Part shown: positions 60,570 through 64,000 of the stretch, piece after piece
How the letters are laid out: each line of letters starts with the position of its first letter
How positions within the stretch are numbered: the first letter of the stretch is position 1
Origin: an uncultured Gemmatimonadales bacterium
GTDB lineage: Bacteria; Gemmatimonadota; Gemmatimonadetes; Longimicrobiales; RSA9
NCBI GenBank assembly: GCA_963783305.1
Contig: CAWAMW010000007.1
Coordinates: forward strand, 128,001 to 192,000
Length of the DNA: 64,000 nt
Direction: 5' to 3'
The notes under the pieces: generated by a model
Told to the model about the DNA's origin: nothing
What the model saw: only the letters and a program-made list of their open reading frames with translations
Databases searched by the model: none
Made by a program: the position numbers and the translations under genes

Positions 60570-63010
60570 ACGTCAGCTATCGCTGGCTGAAGGAGATCGC
60601 GCCGTCGATCGACGAGGACCCCGAATCGCTGGCCGAGTCTCTCGGCATGCTGGGCGCTCCCGTGGAGGAGCTGGTGCGCCCCGGGGCCGGACTCGGCGAT
60701 ATCGTCATCGCGCAAGTCCTGAAGCGTATCGACCACCCCAATGCCGACCGGCTGTCCCTTTGTGAGGTGGACGCGGGTGGTGAGACGCTGCAGGTGGTGT
60801 GCGGCGCTCCCGTCATCGTGGAAGGCGGGCTTTACCCGTTCGCCCCCGTGGGGGCGACGCTCCCGGGTGGAATGCAGATCCGGAAAGCCAAGATCCGGGG
60901 CGAGTACAGCCAGGGGATGCTCTGTAGCGAGCAGGAGCTCGGGCTCGGTCGCGACTCCGGTGGCATCATGCGTCTGGCCGATGGCTACGAGGTGGGTGCG
61001 GGGTTCGTGGGAGCGCTCGCGCTCGATGACGCGCGGCTCACACTGGAGATCACGCCCAATCGGCCGGACCTTCTCTCGCACCTCGGCGTGGCCCGCGAGC
61101 TTGCGCCCGACGGGAACGCCGGGCTCCATCTCCCGCCCTTCCCGGCTCGGGGCTCGGAGGAGCGAACCGACGCCACGCTCCCGCACCTGGCGCTTCGTCG
61201 GGAGGCGCGGGAGGGCGTGCTGCAGGAGATCCGCGTGGCCATCGAGGACGCGGAGGGCTGTCCCCGCTACATCGCCGCGGTCGTCGACGGAGTCGAGATT
61301 GGCCCCTCGCCGGCCTGGTTGGCCGCACGCCTGCGGGCCATCGGGCAGCGGCCCATCAACAACGTGGTGGACGCGACGAACTACATCCTCCACGAGCTGG
61401 GACAGCCGCTCCACGCGTTCGATCTGGACACGCTCCGGGGCGGCGGCCTGATCGTCCGAAGAGCCGAAGCCGGGGAGACCATGACTACGCTGGACGACGT
61501 CGAGCGCAAGCTGACGTCGGAGATGCTCGTCATCGCCAATGGAGAGGGGGCCGTGGCCGTGGCCGGGGTCATGGGTGGTGCGGACAGTGAGGTGTCCGAA
61601 TCCACGACCCGGGTGCTGCTGGAGTGCGCCTACTTCGACCCGCGGTCCGTACGGGCGACCGCGCGCGCGCTGGGCCTGTCCACGGAGGCCAGCTACCGGT
61701 TCGAGCGCGGCACCGATCTCGAAGGTATGGAGCGCGCCGCCCACCGGGCCGTGGAGCTCATTCTGGCGGTGGCGGGAGGCCGCGTCGAAGAGGAAGCGGT
61801 GGATCTGTACCCGTCGCCGGAGGACGCACAGCACGTGGCCGTTCGCCCGAGCCGCGTGCGGCAGGTTTTGGGGGAGCCGGTGGATGCCGACGACATCGAG
61901 GCGCTCCTCCAGCAGCTGGGGTTCGAGTTGCACGAGCGCACCGAAGAGGCGCTGACCTTCCGTGTGCCCGGCTATCGTCGGCACGACGTGAGCCGCGAGA
62001 TCGACCTCATCGAGGAAGTGGCCCGTCGCTACGGCTACGACCGTCTGGATGACCGACTGCGTCCTTACCGCCCCACCCGCGTTCAGGACGCGCCCCTCTC
62101 GGCGCTCGAGGACCGACTGCGCGGGTTCTTCGCTGCACAGGGGCTCCTCGAGAATCGCAGCATTTCCATGGCTCCCGAGGGCGCGGGAGAAGTCCCGCTC
62201 CTCCGCCCTCTCTCCGCCGACGAGGGCTTCCTCCGCTCCACCCTGGCCCACGGACTGCTGCGGTCGATGGAGCTGAACATGGCGCGCGGGGTCCGCGACG
62301 TTCGCCTGTTCGAGATCGGCACCATCTTCCAGGCCGGCGAACCGGGGGAGCGGCCTCTGGAGCAGAGCCGGGCCGCCGCCGTGCTCACCGGCGCCTCCCG
62401 TCCTCCGCACTGGATGGGTGAGGCCGCGGACTGGGAGCTGTGGGACGTGCGCGGCCTGGCCGAAGCACTTGCGCGGATGCTGGACCGGCAGGACGGCGAG
62501 GTCCGCCCCCTGGAGGGGGATTCCGGGGACCTGGCTCTCCCCGACCTCTACCGGGCCGGTACCGCACTGGAGATCCGCGCCTGTGGCGAGCGCGTCGGGA
62601 TCGCCGGGGAAGTGGCGACGGCGGCGGTGGACGCACCGGCCTGGGCCGGGCCGGCGTTCGCCCTCGAAGTCAGGCTGACGGAAGCGATGGCGGAGCGGCG
62701 GCGACCCACACTGATGCCGGTCCCGACGCAGCCGGCGAGTGACCGGGACCTGGCGCTGATCGTGCCGGAGACCCTGCCCGCGGCGGAGCTGGCGGAGACC
62801 ATCCACGCGTCAGCGGGGGAGCTGCTGGAGGCGCTGGAGATCTTCGACGTCTATGCCGGCACGGGCGTGCCCGCGGGGCACCGGAGCATCGCCTACCGAC
62901 TGGTCTTCCGTCACCCGGAGCGTACCTTGAAGGACGCGGAGGTCGACCGCGCGGTCGAGCGGGTCCTGGAGAAGGTGAGGGACGTCCACGGTGTCGAGCG
63001 TAGAGGCTGA
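60566..63010 (+). CDS. pheT: Phenylalanine--tRNA ligase beta subunit
   Basis: HPNADRL, VVCGAP, ITPNRPDLLS, RPINNVVDATNY, YRFERG, DLIEEVAR, RDLAL. Confidence 0.96.
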   Translation: MNVSYRWLKEIAPSIDEDPESLAESLGMLGAPVEELVRPGAGLGDIVIAQVLKRIDHPNADRLSLCEVDAGGETLQVVCGAPVIVEGGLYPFAPVGATLPGGMQIRKAKIRGEYSQGMLCSEQELGLGRDSGGIMRLADGYEVGAGFVGALALDDARLTLEITPNRPDLLSHLGVARELAPDGNAGLHLPPFPARGSEERTDATLPHLALRREAREGVLQEIRVAIEDAEGCPRYIAAVVDGVEIGPSPAWLAARLRAIGQRPINNVVDATNYILHELGQPLHAFDLDTLRGGGLIVRRAEAGETMTTLDDVERKLTSEMLVIANGEGAVAVAGVMGGADSEVSESTTRVLLECAYFDPRSVRATARALGLSTEASYRFERGTDLEGMERAAHRAVELILAVAGGRVEEEAVDLYPSPEDAQHVAVRPSRVRQVLGEPVDADDIEALLQQLGFELHERTEEALTFRVPGYRRHDVSREIDLIEEVARRYGYDRLDDRLRPYRPTRVQDAPLSALEDRLRGFFAAQGLLENRSISMAPEGAGEVPLLRPLSADEGFLRSTLAHGLLRSMELNMARGVRDVRLFEIGTIFQAGEPGERPLEQSRAAAVLTGASRPPHWMGEAADWELWDVRGLAEALARMLDRQDGEVRPLEGDSGDLALPDLYRAGTALEIRACGERVGIAGEVATAAVDAPAWAGPAFALEVRLTEAMAERRRPTLMPVPTQPASDRDLALIVPETLPAAELAETIHASAGELLEALEIFDVYAGTGVPAGHRSIAYRLVFRHPERTLKDAEVDRAVERVLEKVRDVHGVERRG

Positions 63011-63317
63011 TACGGAGCGGGCGAGTGAGGGCCGCTCGCTGCCGGAGGAGTATGGGCGGCTGGAGCGTGCGGTTCGTCGCCTGCTCGACGAGGCAGCCGG
63101 GTACAGGGCGCGGGCGCAGGTGGCGGAAGAGCGCGCGACGCAGCTGGAGCACACGTTGCGGGATCTCTCCAGCGGTGTGCTCGACCCGGTGAAGCTGAAG
63201 GACGCACTCCGGCAGATGGAGGAGGAGAACCAGGAGCTTCGGCGCCGGCTCGTCGGCGCCCAGGATCGGATCCGGCGCCTGATCGCGCGCTTCGACTTCC
63301 TGCGTGAGGAGATGTGA
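62991..63317 (+). CDS. Coiled-coil protein, ZapB-like by position
   Basis: Short heptad-rich ORF between pheT and zapA. Confidence 0.6.
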   Translation: MSSVEADTERASEGRSLPEEYGRLERAVRRLLDEAAGYRARAQVAEERATQLEHTLRDLSSGVLDPVKLKDALRQMEEENQELRRRLVGAQDRIRRLIARFDFLREEM

Positions 63318-63631
63318 TGGCGGACGAACGGACGATCACGACCGTGACGATCGCGGGCGAGGAGTACGCGATCCGGTCGGAGGCCTCGGAGGACTACACG
63401 CGCGAGTGCGCCCGGCACGTGAACCGCACCATCGACCAGATCATGTCGCGGGGAAGGCTCGTCGAGGCCCACAAAGCCGCCATCCTGGCCGCCCTCGCGC
63501 TTGCCGACCAGCTGTTCCAGGCGCGGAAGGAAACCGAGGCAGTCCGCCACGCGGTGACGGAGCGATCCTCGCGGCTGCTCTCAGAAATCGACGAGAAGCT
63601 GCCCGCGTCCGGCCTTGCATCGGCCGACTGA
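63317..63631 (+). CDS. zapA: Cell division protein ZapA
   Basis: VTIAGEEYAI, AAILAALALADQLF; pheT-zapA-rny context. Confidence 0.85.
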   Translation: MADERTITTVTIAGEEYAIRSEASEDYTRECARHVNRTIDQIMSRGRLVEAHKAAILAALALADQLFQARKETEAVRHAVTERSSRLLSEIDEKLPASGLASAD

Positions 63632-63741
63632 CCTGACCTAGCTTTCCGGACTGGCAGTGGGTCTGCCGGTCCCCGGCGTTCGCCGGCGAATGCTATGCTT
63701 TGCCTTCCAAGGCGCCCCGCGTCTTTGCTGGAGTCATCCAT

Positions 63742-64000
63742 ATGAACAACCTCATCGTGGTGGCGATCCTCGCTGCCGCTGGCGGCCTCGTGCTCGGCTG
63801 GCTGGGGGAGCGCATGCGATTGCGCGCCGCCCGCGCCGGCGCCGAGGACGAGGCGCAGCGAATCCGGCGGGCGGCCGAGGAGGATGCCGAGCGCGCCCGG
63901 AAGGCCGCGGAGCTGGAAGGCCGTGAGGCCGCCGTACACAATCGCGAGGAGTGGGAGCGCGAGGAGGGCCGGCGCCGAGAGGAGATGGAGCGATCTGAGG
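63742..64000 (+). CDS. rny: Probable ribonuclease Y, N-terminal part (runs off the window)
   Basis: ATG 63742, N-terminal TM (LIVVAILAAAGGLVLGWL) then E/R-rich coiled coil; follows zapA. KH/HD domains are outside the window. Confidence 0.7.
   Translation, partial: MNNLIVVAILAAAGGLVLGWLGERMRLRAARAGAEDEAQRIRRAAEEDAERARKAAELEGREAAVHNREEWEREEGRRREEMERSE

Noticed and set aside
63632..63741. 6S RNA after zapA
   Set aside because: The gap is only 110 bp, too short for the ~180-nt rod; only a local hairpin is visible.

Overview
A very GC-rich bacterial chromosome segment made mostly of housekeeping genes. The mix of SusC/SusD, a Bat operon, BshA, ScpAB, CIRCE-groESL and an RNase Y-like gene suggests Gemmatimonadota or a relative (inference only). 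Gene order: tadA; an antisense four-helix-bundle gene enclosed by inverted heptamer arrays; a 2-hydroxyacid dehydrogenase; SusCD; an NhaC-family transporter; pyrR-pyrB-pyrC-yhaM-like; rpsT; S2P protease-scpA-scpB-rluB; an uncharacterised Rossmann protein; moxR-DUF58-bat operon; upp; tRNA(CAT); TolC-MFP-RND-PII-like-DUF2892; a metallophosphoesterase; a PAS kinase/HD-GYP pair; secDF-tatD-mutL-miaA-bshA-uppP-birA-coaX; groESL; a degenerate HD-GYP regulator; glgP; an MBL-rhodanese fusion; thrS; infC-rpmI-rplT-pheST-zapB-like-zapA-rny (partial). The most unusual signals are non-coding or small: (1) a ~630-bp cassette (523-1150) with a frameshifted four-helix-bundle gene between two mutually inverted 7-bp tandem arrays; (2) an unannotated, probably leaderless Thr-rich leader peptide plus terminator hairpin before thrS; (3) a family of intergenic elements built from GNA-triloop mini-hairpins; (4) a leader terminator and ATC start for infC. 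All calls come from reading motifs by eye; no searches were run.
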